In this document: one piece after another, positions 46,802 through 56,658 of the stretch
Layout of the letters: each line of letters starts with the position of its first letter
Numbering within the stretch: the stretch's first letter is position 1
Virus record (IMG/VR): IMGVR_UViG_3300024496_000012
Reading direction: 5' to 3' (one strand)
Source of the DNA: a virus
DNA length: 64,000 bases
Position numbers and translations under genes: made by a program
Notes under the pieces: model-generated
Database searches by the model: none
What the model saw: only the letters and a program-made list of their open reading frames with translations
Told to the model about the DNA's origin: nothing

Positions 46802-48418
46802 ATGAATATTAAAAAAGTCGTTATAGTTGGTGGAGGTTCATCTGGGTGGATGACCGCTGCGGCATTATCTAAACTATGTCCACACCTAGATATCACATTA
46901 ATAGAATCTGAAAAAGTAGGAACAGTCGGTGTAGGAGAAAGCACTTTAGGCCATATTAATAGATTTTTAAATATTCTAGAACTAAAAGACGAAGATTGGA
47001 TGGCAGCTTGTAATGCTACCTATAAGAACTCTATTCGTTTTACTAACTTTAGAGAAAAAGATGGTTCGTATTTTGAATATCCCTTTAGTGCAGGACTAGA
47101 TTTCACCGATAAACCTAGTGGGTCAAATGCATGGTCAGAACTAGCAACACTATATCCAGATGAATATGGTCCCGAACAGTTTGCTCAAATGTATGCGACT
47201 GGCAATACTTTCCTCGCCAAGTACAATCGTCAAACTAGAGACGAAGCTAGAGTTTTACGAAACTATGAGTTCAAGTGGGATACTGCTTATCATCTTGATG
47301 CACAGTTATTTGGTCAGTATCTAAAAGAAAAAATAGCATTGCCTAACGGTGTGAAGCATATGATCGGCGATGTACACTCCCACCAAAAAGATCATCTTGG
47401 CAATATCACACAGATCTTGTTGGCTGATTACACGACTACACTAACAGCTGACCTTTGGATTGATTGTACTGGTTTTAGAAGCATACTTCTAGAAAACTGG
47501 ATGGGTTCTCAGTTTATTAGTTTTGAAAAATATCTAGCTAACGACAGAGCATGGGCATGTCGCATTCCTTATGAAGATAGAGAGCGAGAAATGCACAATG
47601 TCACAGACTGTCATGCTCTTGATAACGGATGGGTATGGAATATTCCGTTATGGAATCGTATAGGTACTGGATATGTTTTTAGTTCGAGATTTATTTCGGA
47701 CGAAGATGCTAAAAGAGAGTTTCGCAGACACTTAGCTACTACAGGTTCTAAAGAACGTGCTGATCGAGCCGACATGTTCCTAGTTAATATTAAGCATGGA
47801 TATAGACGCCGAGCATGGGTAGGTAATGTTGTGGGCGTTGGTCTTAGCTATGGATTTGTTGAACCATTAGAGTCAACAGGACTTTTGACTACACATGAAA
47901 ACATCATTAAACTAATCGAAGCACTAAATCGAAGAGAAGGATATGTAACTAGATCCGAACGTGAAGGATTTAACTTTGCTGTACAACATGATGTTTTAAG
48001 ATTCCGTGACTTTGTTTCACAACATTATGCTCTATCTAAGAGAACAGACACCCCATATTGGAGATGGTGTACACAGATAAACGAATATTGCCCAGAAGGA
48101 ATGGGAGAGTTTATGTTACAGCAAGCCCAGTATCCAAATCTAATGGGCAATATTGCCATGGGCAATGCATATCCTAGCGACTATGTTGGTAATATGTTTA
48201 TTGCTGCTGGCATGGGAGTCAAATCAACATCAACTAAAGAACTTGTTTATGTAACCGGCAGAGTAAACCAAGTATCTAAGATGGAAGAAATCGGATATAC
48301 CAAGAGAAGGTACGAAGAATATAGAGATTTTGTCATTGATTATGTCAAGAAATGTCCAACGCACTATCAGTTCTTGTTACATGAAATCTATGGCGGAAAA
48401 GATGACTACGCTCTGTAA
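46802..48418 (+). CDS. Flavin-dependent halogenase family protein (PrnA/RebH-like) 1
   Basis: GGGSSG FAD motif, GVGESTL, catalytic-Lys motif NATYKNSIRF, GWVWNIP, GFVEPLESTG. Confidence 0.9.
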   Translation: MNIKKVVIVGGGSSGWMTAAALSKLCPHLDITLIESEKVGTVGVGESTLGHINRFLNILELKDEDWMAACNATYKNSIRFTNFREKDGSYFEYPFSAGLDFTDKPSGSNAWSELATLYPDEYGPEQFAQMYATGNTFLAKYNRQTRDEARVLRNYEFKWDTAYHLDAQLFGQYLKEKIALPNGVKHMIGDVHSHQKDHLGNITQILLADYTTTLTADLWIDCTGFRSILLENWMGSQFISFEKYLANDRAWACRIPYEDREREMHNVTDCHALDNGWVWNIPLWNRIGTGYVFSSRFISDEDAKREFRRHLATTGSKERADRADMFLVNIKHGYRRRAWVGNVVGVGLSYGFVEPLESTGLLTTHENIIKLIEALNRREGYVTRSEREGFNFAVQHDVLRFRDFVSQHYALSKRTDTPYWRWCTQINEYCPEGMGEFMLQQAQYPNLMGNIAMGNAYPSDYVGNMFIAAGMGVKSTSTKELVYVTGRVNQVSKMEEIGYTKRRYEEYRDFVIDYVKKCPTHYQFLLHEIYGGKDDYAL

Positions 48419-49196
48419 GAAACTGTTTGGCTGGTTAGGAAAAAATAAAAAAACAAAACCATACATAAGGTTTTATTCTTTAACTCCGGGTGTGGTAGAT
48501 TTATTTCCTATAGTTAGATCATCTACAGTAGAAAGACCGTATAGAAGTTCTCAGACCTACGAAGGTGTTCCTCCTAGCAAAAACTGTCCTGCTATCAATA
48601 AAATAGTGGGTTCTGGATGGATCGTGCCTGCGCCTGCTGATTTTATCATAGATACTAATGGTGACGGAACAACGATCCAGTGGCTGGAACCTTATCGTTT
48701 TAAAAGATCTTCTGATATCAATGAATCTTCTTATGTAGTATTACACAGTTGGCATCAAACTGATCCGTTAGTCGATGATCCTGAAAAAACTGTCAGGACC
48801 GTAGTAAAGCTCGAAACACCTTGGCGTGTTGATATGAGCGATGATTATGTACTACTCCAACTTCCTGTTACCTATAACAAAGAAAGCCGTTTCACAGCAG
48901 CTATTGGTGTGCTAGATCCAGAGTACGGATACACAGTAAATGTGCAACTATTTTGGAATGTCAAAGAAGGACGCACACTAGTCAAGGCAGGAACACCGTT
49001 ATGCCAACTAGTTCCAGTTCTTAAAGATGCGTTAAGTCCTGGTTTTTATGATGTCATTATAGATAATGCCACAGAACAAGACCAGCTCAAAGATAGAGAG
49101 TTTAACTATGCTGCTAGTTGTGTGATCTTAAATCACGATTCTCTAGGATCAAGATTGAGCAGATCGAAAAAAATACTTAATAAGTACAAAAAGTGA
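48402..49196 (+). CDS. Hypothetical beta-clip/dUTPase-like-fold protein, paralogue of 63029..63859
   Basis: Start reassigned to ATG 48402. RFYSL, CPAI, APADF, VK.ETPWRV, VQLFW and AGTPL.Q motifs shared with the paralogue. Confidence 0.65.
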   Translation: MTTLCKKLFGWLGKNKKTKPYIRFYSLTPGVVDLFPIVRSSTVERPYRSSQTYEGVPPSKNCPAINKIVGSGWIVPAPADFIIDTNGDGTTIQWLEPYRFKRSSDINESSYVVLHSWHQTDPLVDDPEKTVRTVVKLETPWRVDMSDDYVLLQLPVTYNKESRFTAAIGVLDPEYGYTVNVQLFWNVKEGRTLVKAGTPLCQLVPVLKDALSPGFYDVIIDNATEQDQLKDREFNYAASCVILNHDSLGSRLSRSKKILNKYKK

Positions 49197-49206
49197 GGAT
49201 ACAAAC

Positions 49207-49458
49207 ATGGACTATAAAACGTCATTACAAGCAACACTAACCAATGTTCAAAAACAAATCGAGGACGGTAAAGCTGAACTCAAAAGATTAGAAGAAGAGT
49301 TTGCCAATGTCAAACTAAATCCCTATGGAATCACTTCTATCGATTTCGCAAAACGTCAAGAACTCAGCACAGATGTTCTAAAGATGGAAGGTGTAGTCAT
49401 GGGACTTCGACTAGCTCTTGAAACCTATGACGGAGTAGAAGCAGGTGCAACTATCTAA
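49207..49458 (+). CDS. Small coiled-coil hypothetical protein
   Basis: 83 aa, GAGG SD. Confidence 0.65.
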   Translation: MDYKTSLQATLTNVQKQIEDGKAELKRLEEEFANVKLNPYGITSIDFAKRQELSTDVLKMEGVVMGLRLALETYDGVEAGATI

Positions 49459-50029
49459 TAATGGGGCGATACATCTATTTCCACCCCTAATATACAAGTT
49501 TGAATACGAGTTCGATCAATCATATCTTAAACCTAAGATTGATGATTTATTTTCATTGGTGGAAATAAATTCTGATCTAGAAAAAGGCGCTGCGATATCA
49601 ACAGTAAGTTTGGATCAGCGCCTTCAACCTCATACATGGCCTGAACTAGAACACTTCCAACACTGGTTGGGAGAAAAAATCGCTAACATCAGAGAAGAGC
49701 ATCAGTTTTATAACGGCTATTCTGAAGTACAACGTAGCTGGTGCAATCGACATCTACGATCCGGATACACTCTAGAACACAATCATACGTTCGCCACTTG
49801 GGTAGCCAGTTGTTATTTTATGGCACCTGCTGGCTCAGGCAATATAGAATTTTTAGATCCTCTTGAATATCACAAGAGTAACTTTCCTGTTGTCCCTGAA
49901 GTATCATTCTACAAAGAAGTCCAAGTAGCTACAAATAATGTTTTAATCTTTCCAGGTTGGATTAAACATAGAGTTCAGCCGAATAACACCGATCAGGAGC
50001 GTGTAGTAATCACGTTTAACATAAAATGA
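49445..50029 (+). CDS. 2OG-Fe(II) oxygenase (HxH...H type)
   Basis: EHNHTFATWVASCYF...FPGWIKHRV...RVVITFN. Confidence 0.85.
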   Translation: MQLSNNGAIHLFPPLIYKFEYEFDQSYLKPKIDDLFSLVEINSDLEKGAAISTVSLDQRLQPHTWPELEHFQHWLGEKIANIREEHQFYNGYSEVQRSWCNRHLRSGYTLEHNHTFATWVASCYFMAPAGSGNIEFLDPLEYHKSNFPVVPEVSFYKEVQVATNNVLIFPGWIKHRVQPNNTDQERVVITFNIK

Positions 50030-50829
50030 AAGATTTTAAAATCTGTTATCCTGATGCCAACACATTTAAAGACATCATCAAACTTAAAAAAATAGATGAC
50101 TGGAATGTGGAATACCATCATCTTTCTGATGATATTGGCTATTGGACGGCAGATCATCCTTTTGAAACTGACGAACAGTTTTATCTTTTTAGAGATCTCA
50201 TAGGAATGTTTCCTATACAGAAAGATAATAATCATCCAAAAAACTTTGATCCAAATCCTTTTGATACCATACATCTACCTGAATGGGTGTATTTAGATCT
50301 TTGTTTCTTAATAAGAGATTTTTATAAAATACACGGAACAGACGAGTGGCAAGATCCTCAGATACACGAATGGGGCAATATATTTCTAAGAGAACGCACC
50401 AGACCAATAAGCTGCTGGAGACTACCTCACATTGATTATGTGTTTGGGATGGTCTCTAACTTATGGTTCACTGATCACAAAATAGAAGATAGCTGTACAC
50501 GACTGTATAAGTATCATGGTAAGATCTACAACGATGTCTATGACTTTCAGTTAGACTTAGAGCATCCTATGAGAAAAGAATGGGAAGCACTATCACTTGA
50601 ACCAAAACGTCTCGATAGTTGGATGAACGTTCCTGAAGAAGAGCTGAAGAGATGGGGGTTTGAACTAGTAGGAATGGCCCCAACAAGAGAAAAAACTATG
50701 ACTTTGTACAAAGCTAATATATGTCACAGTGCTTGGGTGGGAGAAAATGTAGATTTTAGATGGAGTCATGCTTTTGCTTTTAGTCACGAACTACTACAAC
50801 ATAAGACGCTTAAGGATCTGTTTTCATGA
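50026..50829 (+). CDS. 2OG-Fe(II) oxygenase-like protein (HxD...H)
   Basis: WRLPHIDY...ICHSAW...RWSHAF. Confidence 0.65.
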   Translation: MKDFKICYPDANTFKDIIKLKKIDDWNVEYHHLSDDIGYWTADHPFETDEQFYLFRDLIGMFPIQKDNNHPKNFDPNPFDTIHLPEWVYLDLCFLIRDFYKIHGTDEWQDPQIHEWGNIFLRERTRPISCWRLPHIDYVFGMVSNLWFTDHKIEDSCTRLYKYHGKIYNDVYDFQLDLEHPMRKEWEALSLEPKRLDSWMNVPEEELKRWGFELVGMAPTREKTMTLYKANICHSAWVGENVDFRWSHAFAFSHELLQHKTLKDLFS

Positions 50830-51452
50830 ATCTAGAACTTTACTTTCCTACGCCCGTTTGGTGGGAGGACACCACCATCGATCCTGCACCAATGCTAGAG
50901 CTGTTAACAGAACTCAAAGAAAAAGATCCATACGGTCGCAGACTCAGCAACGAAGGAGGCTGGCAGAGTATGGATTTTAGACCCGGACTTTACCCTCAAA
51001 TGAAGGCACTTGAAGATAGATTAATGGAACAGGCTAGACAATGTGTCAGAGATTATGGATATAAAGAGAGCTTATGTTTTCCTTTAATCGAAAACTTCTG
51101 GTTTAATGTCAACGGAAAGCACCATACTAACATGGTACACACACATGATAATACGTTTATAGCAGGAGTATTTTACCTCAAGGCATATCCAGGACAAGGA
51201 AAAATAACTCTGTTTAAAGAGTATTCTCAGGATTATGTAATCGCTTCACAGGCGCCCATCGAACAATATAAACATATTAGTGCTAGTGCTATTAGTTTTG
51301 ATCCAGTAACTAGCAGACTTATTTTATTTCCTGGTGCATTGCCACACGGTGTAGGAGCAAACACTACCGACGAAGACAGGATATCTGTTTCGTTCAACAT
51401 AAAGATGATAAGAAATGACGATGAAAGAATTAGGATTCAGGTTATTGAATGA
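50826..51452 (+). CDS. 2OG-Fe(II) oxygenase (TIGR02466-like)
   Basis: VHTHDNTFIAGVFY...FPGALPHGV...DRISVSFN. Confidence 0.88.
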   Translation: MNLELYFPTPVWWEDTTIDPAPMLELLTELKEKDPYGRRLSNEGGWQSMDFRPGLYPQMKALEDRLMEQARQCVRDYGYKESLCFPLIENFWFNVNGKHHTNMVHTHDNTFIAGVFYLKAYPGQGKITLFKEYSQDYVIASQAPIEQYKHISASAISFDPVTSRLILFPGALPHGVGANTTDEDRISVSFNIKMIRNDDERIRIQVIE

Positions 51453-52158
51453 GACTAATCTTCTTTATGAAGATAAGCCTCATTATTTTAAAAATCTACT
51501 TCCAGAAGCTTCAGAAATGGTCACATGGAACGATGTGGAACATTGTTTTAATAGACCAGAGCTGTATAACTTTGAGATGATAGGCCCTGACAATCTTAAA
51601 ATCGAAATACCTATGAATAAAAAAGCATGGGTATTTTCTAAACCTGTACAAGACAAAGCCTTTATGTTTGAAAATATCAATAAAGGCAACGGATTTGTTA
51701 TCATGGACTACGCATTCTACAGTGAAAAAACTATAGAACTCATGCGTACATTAGAAAATATATACATGGTAAACTCTTGCATACACGTCTATGGCGGCTT
51801 AGAAGGTTCAAAAAGTTTTTGGATACACGAAGACTATCCTTCAAACTTCATATTCCAAGCATGGGGTAAAACTCGTTGGAAGGTGTTTAACAACAGGATT
51901 TCTACCATGTATCGAACAGGTACTATGAATCATCAGTTAACTGAAGATATGTTGGACCTAGCATTTGATGTGGTGCTAGAACCCGGAGATGCAATCTACA
52001 TTCCTTCTAGGATGTATCATATAGCGTACCCGATGGGTCCTAGATTAAGCATGAGCGTTCCTTGTTGGACAAAGTTACCTACTGACGAACCTAAAGAATC
52101 AAGTGATAGAAACTGGTATAAGATAAATCATGAAAGTATTCAAACCAATAACGATTGA
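51415..52158 (+). CDS. JmjC/cupin oxygenase (ycfD/ROX-like)
   Basis: SFWIHEDY...FQAWGKTRWKV...LEPGDAIYIPSRMYHIA. Confidence 0.85.
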   Translation: MTMKELGFRLLNETNLLYEDKPHYFKNLLPEASEMVTWNDVEHCFNRPELYNFEMIGPDNLKIEIPMNKKAWVFSKPVQDKAFMFENINKGNGFVIMDYAFYSEKTIELMRTLENIYMVNSCIHVYGGLEGSKSFWIHEDYPSNFIFQAWGKTRWKVFNNRISTMYRTGTMNHQLTEDMLDLAFDVVLEPGDAIYIPSRMYHIAYPMGPRLSMSVPCWTKLPTDEPKESSDRNWYKINHESIQTNND

Positions 52159-52720
52159 TAATCTTGTTGAAAAGCAATATCAAGATGAGATTTATAGACA
52201 TCTAACTGATGTAAAGTTCCCTTGGGCGTTTATGGCCGATGCCACAGATGAGTTTGGGCATAATAACTCTGCGTTAAACGGACCCACGCCGTCTTTTGGT
52301 CACTTGGCGTATTGGAATCAACGAGATGAAAATCCATCTATTGATTTTTACAATCCACTGTTAACTGCTATACAGGAAAAATTCAATATACAGATGACCG
52401 GTCTGTTAAGGATACGGGTGGGTTTTCTATTAAACACATCATATTCTTTACCTAGTATGCCGTATCGTCATAATAAACCCCACCAAGATTATGATCAAGA
52501 TCATTTTACCTTAGTCTACTACGTCAATGATACAGACGGTGACACTGTTATTTTCCATGAAACTAGACCTTCTGAAAAATATTATTCACTAGAAAAATGC
52601 AGTCCAAAGAAAGGACGGGCAATATTATTTGACGGCAGACATTTCCATGCCAGCACATGTCCTAAGATGTTTACTACTAGGATAGCTATAACTATTAACT
52701 TTCAAGGCTTGCCGCAATGA
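52130..52720 (+). CDS. 2OG-Fe(II) oxygenase
   Basis: KPHQDY...LVYYVNDTDGDT...FDGRHFHAS...RIAITINF. Confidence 0.85.
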   Translation: MKVFKPITIDNLVEKQYQDEIYRHLTDVKFPWAFMADATDEFGHNNSALNGPTPSFGHLAYWNQRDENPSIDFYNPLLTAIQEKFNIQMTGLLRIRVGFLLNTSYSLPSMPYRHNKPHQDYDQDHFTLVYYVNDTDGDTVIFHETRPSEKYYSLEKCSPKKGRAILFDGRHFHASTCPKMFTTRIAITINFQGLPQ

Positions 52721-53424
52721 GTAAAGATCATGTCGATTATCTAATGCGTATGCAGAAAAAAAGTGCTGCAGATATAAGAGAAGGTGACCTAAAAAATAGA
52801 TTCCTTTATCCTTTCTTTCCTACTATAGTTATAGATAACTTCTACGAAGACCCAGATTTGATTCGAGAGTTTGCTCTTGATCAAGAGTTCTTTAAAGGCA
52901 ATAGAGGTAGTTGGCCAGGGCTGCGTACAAAACTGTTACACGAACTAGATACTAATATGTTTAAGTTTGTCTCTAGAAAACTAATGTTCACTCTACGTGA
53001 ATATGGAATAAGAGATTACGAAGAAATACAGATAGGATTCCAGTTAATCGACGAAAGCTACGGCAGGGGTTGGGTGCATGACGATGATCCTAAGCTACAC
53101 GTAGCAGGTGTAGTTTATCTTAATAAGGATGCAGGCGAAAACTGCGGAACTACTATCTTTGAAGATGCTCCTGACTTTAATGGTGAAGAATACAGTGAAA
53201 TGTTTATGAAAGATGTATTATTATCTACACCAGAAGAACGTGCCGCTATGTCTAAGTATAGAGAGGAACAAATAAATTATTTTAATCCTACAATAAAAAT
53301 AGAAAGTATTTATAACAGGATGGTTATGTTTGACAGTCGATGCTGGCATGCCGCAGATTACTTTTTTGGAACCGATAAAGAAAGTTCTAGATTAAATCAA
53401 ATACATTTTTTGAGATTGAGATGA
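52717..53424 (+). CDS. 2OG-Fe(II) oxygenase-like protein
   Basis: DNFYEDPD.IR, WPGLRT, GWVHDDD...AGVVYL...CWHAAD...RLNQ. Confidence 0.8.
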   Translation: MSKDHVDYLMRMQKKSAADIREGDLKNRFLYPFFPTIVIDNFYEDPDLIREFALDQEFFKGNRGSWPGLRTKLLHELDTNMFKFVSRKLMFTLREYGIRDYEEIQIGFQLIDESYGRGWVHDDDPKLHVAGVVYLNKDAGENCGTTIFEDAPDFNGEEYSEMFMKDVLLSTPEERAAMSKYREEQINYFNPTIKIESIYNRMVMFDSRCWHAADYFFGTDKESSRLNQIHFLRLR

Positions 53425-54035
53425 TTAGAACAGTGAGACAACCCTTTAAGATAGTTGATGATTTTTTTGAATGTCCTGATCTGTGGAGATACCATGCTCT
53501 TAAGCAAGAATATACTACAGATGAACAAGCAACATGGCCTGGCGTAAGATCTACGGTTCTCGATCAGATCAATGAAACTCTTTTTCATTCGCTGGCATCA
53601 AAAATAATCGTGCATTGTCCAGGAAAAAGGTACTTCCATTATCTTAAAATCAACTATGCCCTAGTTGATGAAAGTTACAATCTAGGTTGGTGTCATGTCG
53701 ATGAACCAAAATATAATGTAGCTGGAGTTATATTTTTAAATCCCGATCCTCCCAAAAACAGTGGAACAATATTTTATAAAAAAACAAAAGAAATGATGAT
53801 TGATTTTAATCAATTATTTTTTAACGAGTTAAAGGCTGCTCCGGAAGATCGAAAAGATTTTTATAAACACAAGCTAGAACAACGAAGTCATTTTAAAAAA
53901 TCAATGACTGTAGAAAATGTCTATAATAGATGTGTCATATTTCCGCCAGACGAGTGGCATAGCGCAGACAGTTATTTTGGCAATGACAAAGACAGTGCTA
54001 GACTAACAATTAACTTTTTTGGATTTGCTGCATGA
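53421..54035 (+). CDS. 2OG-Fe(II) oxygenase-like protein, paralogue of 52717
   Basis: WPGVRS, GWCHVDE...AGVIFL...EWHSAD...RLTINFF. Confidence 0.8.
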   Translation: MIRTVRQPFKIVDDFFECPDLWRYHALKQEYTTDEQATWPGVRSTVLDQINETLFHSLASKIIVHCPGKRYFHYLKINYALVDESYNLGWCHVDEPKYNVAGVIFLNPDPPKNSGTIFYKKTKEMMIDFNQLFFNELKAAPEDRKDFYKHKLEQRSHFKKSMTVENVYNRCVIFPPDEWHSADSYFGNDKDSARLTINFFGFAA

Positions 54036-54649
54036 CAGCCATGTTTGGGTCATTTGCCAACTACGGATTTATCAAAGATACACTTCCGAGTCAGTTATTT
54101 GCTGATTTAAAAAGTGAAATAGATTCTATTGATTTTGAAAACAGTGAAAAATTTAATCAGCATCTTGCAGGAAATATAAAGTTCGAGTTCAAGCTAGATA
54201 AAAACAAAAAATCTCTAGAAGAATATGTGGTATCGCTCTGTAAGCAATACAAAGAAGCTTGGGATTTGAGACATACTAGAAAAGATCTTGGTAATGAAAA
54301 TCTAGAGCTACAGAGCTATTGGGTTAACTTTCAACGCAAAAACGAGTTTAATCCTATGCACACTCACGATGGCCTGTTTAGTTTCGCTATATGGGTCAAG
54401 GTTCCTTATAGATTCCAAGATGAACTACAAGAAAGCCATGTTAGAAATACCAACATGCCCAGGGCAGGAATGTTTTCTTTCATATATACAAACATATTCG
54501 GAGAAGTAAGAGAAGCAGAGTTTCCTGTAGACAGCACATTCGAAGGACAAATATTTTTATTTCCTAGCTGTTTACCACATACAGTTTACCCTTTCAGCAC
54601 TTCAGACGAATATAGAATATCAATATCAGGAAACATACATGCCAAGTGA
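54032..54649 (+). CDS. 2OG-Fe(II) oxygenase (HxH...H type)
   Basis: PMHTHDGLFSFAIW...LPHTVYPF...RISISGN. Confidence 0.85.
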   Translation: MTAMFGSFANYGFIKDTLPSQLFADLKSEIDSIDFENSEKFNQHLAGNIKFEFKLDKNKKSLEEYVVSLCKQYKEAWDLRHTRKDLGNENLELQSYWVNFQRKNEFNPMHTHDGLFSFAIWVKVPYRFQDELQESHVRNTNMPRAGMFSFIYTNIFGEVREAEFPVDSTFEGQIFLFPSCLPHTVYPFSTSDEYRISISGNIHAK

Positions 54650-55244
54650 CGATATTATCATAGTCGAAAATATTATTCCTAAAGACTACCAGGATTATCT
54701 AGAAACAGTTTTAACTGGATGGGAGTTTCCTTGGGTGTTGAATAAGAATATCGTATCTGGAGACGACCCATTTGTAGGATCTACAAAAAATCCTGCAGGT
54801 ATGAATCATTTTTTCTATGAAAAAAATGTACCCGTAAGTAACTATTTCCAACTTGTATATCCATTAGTGCTGAGTATTACTAGTCAAGCAGCAGTACCAT
54901 TTAACAGACTATTCAGGATGAGAGCTAATCTAACATTTTCAAACGGTGAAGGAGCATTATTGCCCCACATTGATAGCTTCCATCCGCACTGGAATGCAAT
55001 CTATTATGTCAATGACAGTGATGGCGACACCATTATATACAATGAAACTAATGATGATTTTGATGCCGGTAATAAAGACATAGAAAAAATCAAGACTGAT
55101 AACTTCACAGAAAAACTTAGAGTAACACCAAAGAAAGGCCAACTACTGGCATTTAACGGGCGTTATTATCATACTGCTTCTTTCTGCAAAGATTCCGCTT
55201 ATAGATGCTTGATCAATATTAATCTAGGAAATCTATTCATATGA
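54639..55244 (+). CDS. 2OG-Fe(II) oxygenase, paralogue of 52130
   Basis: LPHIDS...IYYVNDSDGDT...FNGRYYHTAS...RCLININL. Confidence 0.85.
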   Translation: MPSDDIIIVENIIPKDYQDYLETVLTGWEFPWVLNKNIVSGDDPFVGSTKNPAGMNHFFYEKNVPVSNYFQLVYPLVLSITSQAAVPFNRLFRMRANLTFSNGEGALLPHIDSFHPHWNAIYYVNDSDGDTIIYNETNDDFDAGNKDIEKIKTDNFTEKLRVTPKKGQLLAFNGRYYHTASFCKDSAYRCLININLGNLFI

Positions 55245-55810
55245 TAACACGATACCCTGGCCAAGAATATATTTTATATCAATCAGAGTTTATAGAAAAA
55301 CATATCTATGAACTAAAACTTGATTTAGAAATCGCTCATAGATTATTTGAAGAAGCATTTCCTGGAAAAGATTCTACCTGGAGCTTTGACAAGTATAATA
55401 TTTTTTCATTGACTGCACCAAGTTGGACATTTTATCAGGTATATAAAGAACTTAGAACTTTAGTTAGATCAGAGCTAGGAGACACCAGAGACTTATGGAT
55501 ACAGAGTTGGGTTAACTATCATACACAAGACCAGCTGTTACATAGGCATCATCATGAGTTTGAGTATCACGGATACATAGCTATAGAACCTAAGACAACT
55601 AAAACAGTGTTTGATGATTACGAAATATTGAATAAACCAGGACAGATATACTTTGGTCCCGGTAATAGGTATCATTATGTAGAAGCCACTGAACCATTTG
55701 ACGGAATAAGAACTACTATTGGTTTTGATATCATGACTACATATGAATCTAGCTTGGTCAAATATAAAGAAAAACCATTTTCTAACAACGGGTTGATTCC
55801 TTTACTATGA
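55241..55810 (+). CDS. 2OG-Fe(II) oxygenase-like protein
   Basis: WVNYH...LHRHHHE...HGYI...RYHYV...RTTIGFD. Confidence 0.72.
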   Translation: MITRYPGQEYILYQSEFIEKHIYELKLDLEIAHRLFEEAFPGKDSTWSFDKYNIFSLTAPSWTFYQVYKELRTLVRSELGDTRDLWIQSWVNYHTQDQLLHRHHHEFEYHGYIAIEPKTTKTVFDDYEILNKPGQIYFGPGNRYHYVEATEPFDGIRTTIGFDIMTTYESSLVKYKEKPFSNNGLIPLL

Positions 55811-56448
55811 TGGAAGATTATAAGATCATAAAAAATGCAGTTTCTAAAGAGCTCTGTGATTTTCTAGCACTAGAGTTTTCTATGATGGAAACTACCTGTA
55901 GGCAACTATATCCTAATGCCAACCTTGCTGATCTTTGCGAAGGTACATTTGCTAGATATAGTCCTTTGATGTTTGAAGCACTGAGTGTACATCTAACACC
56001 TTTATTGGAAAAAGAAGTAGGAAAAAAGCTATGGCCTACCTATAGTTATGCTCGCATTTACTATAAAGGAACAGAGCTACAGCGTCATTTTGATAGACCT
56101 AGTTCAGAAGTAACAGTATCAGTATGTATACAACCTGGCGAAGTTTCTTGGCCTATATACATCAAGAACGAGCAAGGCACTGTACACGAGATTCATCTAG
56201 ATCAAGGAGATCTAGTAATCTACAGCGGTAGGAGACATGAACACTGGAGAGAGCCATATACAGGCGAAAAGCAGATTCAGGCTTTTCTGCAATATGTGGA
56301 TGCTGAAGGGGAAAGTTCCTGGTTGAAATGGGATACAAGACCTTGTTTAGGGCTACCGTTCGAGTGGACCAACCAGGAAATCCAGAACGAACTAAGACGT
56401 ATTTCTGACGCTAAATCTTTTTTAGATAGGGTTATTCAACCCAAGTAG
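55807..56448 (+). CDS. 2OG-Fe(II) oxygenase (prolyl-hydroxylase-like)
   Basis: YARIYYKGTELQRHFDRPSSEVTVSV...GDLVIYSG...HWRE...FLQYVD. Confidence 0.85.
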   Translation: MMEDYKIIKNAVSKELCDFLALEFSMMETTCRQLYPNANLADLCEGTFARYSPLMFEALSVHLTPLLEKEVGKKLWPTYSYARIYYKGTELQRHFDRPSSEVTVSVCIQPGEVSWPIYIKNEQGTVHEIHLDQGDLVIYSGRRHEHWREPYTGEKQIQAFLQYVDAEGESSWLKWDTRPCLGLPFEWTNQEIQNELRRISDAKSFLDRVIQPK

Positions 56449-56641
56449 CATCTTTAGGTACGACTTTTTCTTCTAGCGGACCCATTGGACCTGCAACAAC
56501 GTGTCTCGTTCCTGCATTTTGCTCAAACTTTTGCGAAGCGGCAGTTCTAGTATCTGCCTTTGTGTAGACTTCAAAAACGTGTAGAGCATGAGTTTCCGGA
56601 TTTTCTTCATCTCGGTAAATCATTTTGTAAATTGCCATCAT
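56432..56641 (-). CDS. Small hypothetical protein (69 aa)
   Basis: AGGAG SD, and CATAAATA box at 56663-56656 overlapping the upstream stop. Confidence 0.7.
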   Translation of the reverse strand: MMAIYKMIYRDEENPETHALHVFEVYTKADTRTAASQKFEQNAGTRHVVAGPMGPLEEKVVPKDATWVE

Positions 56642-56658
56642 AATCTCCTATACAATAT

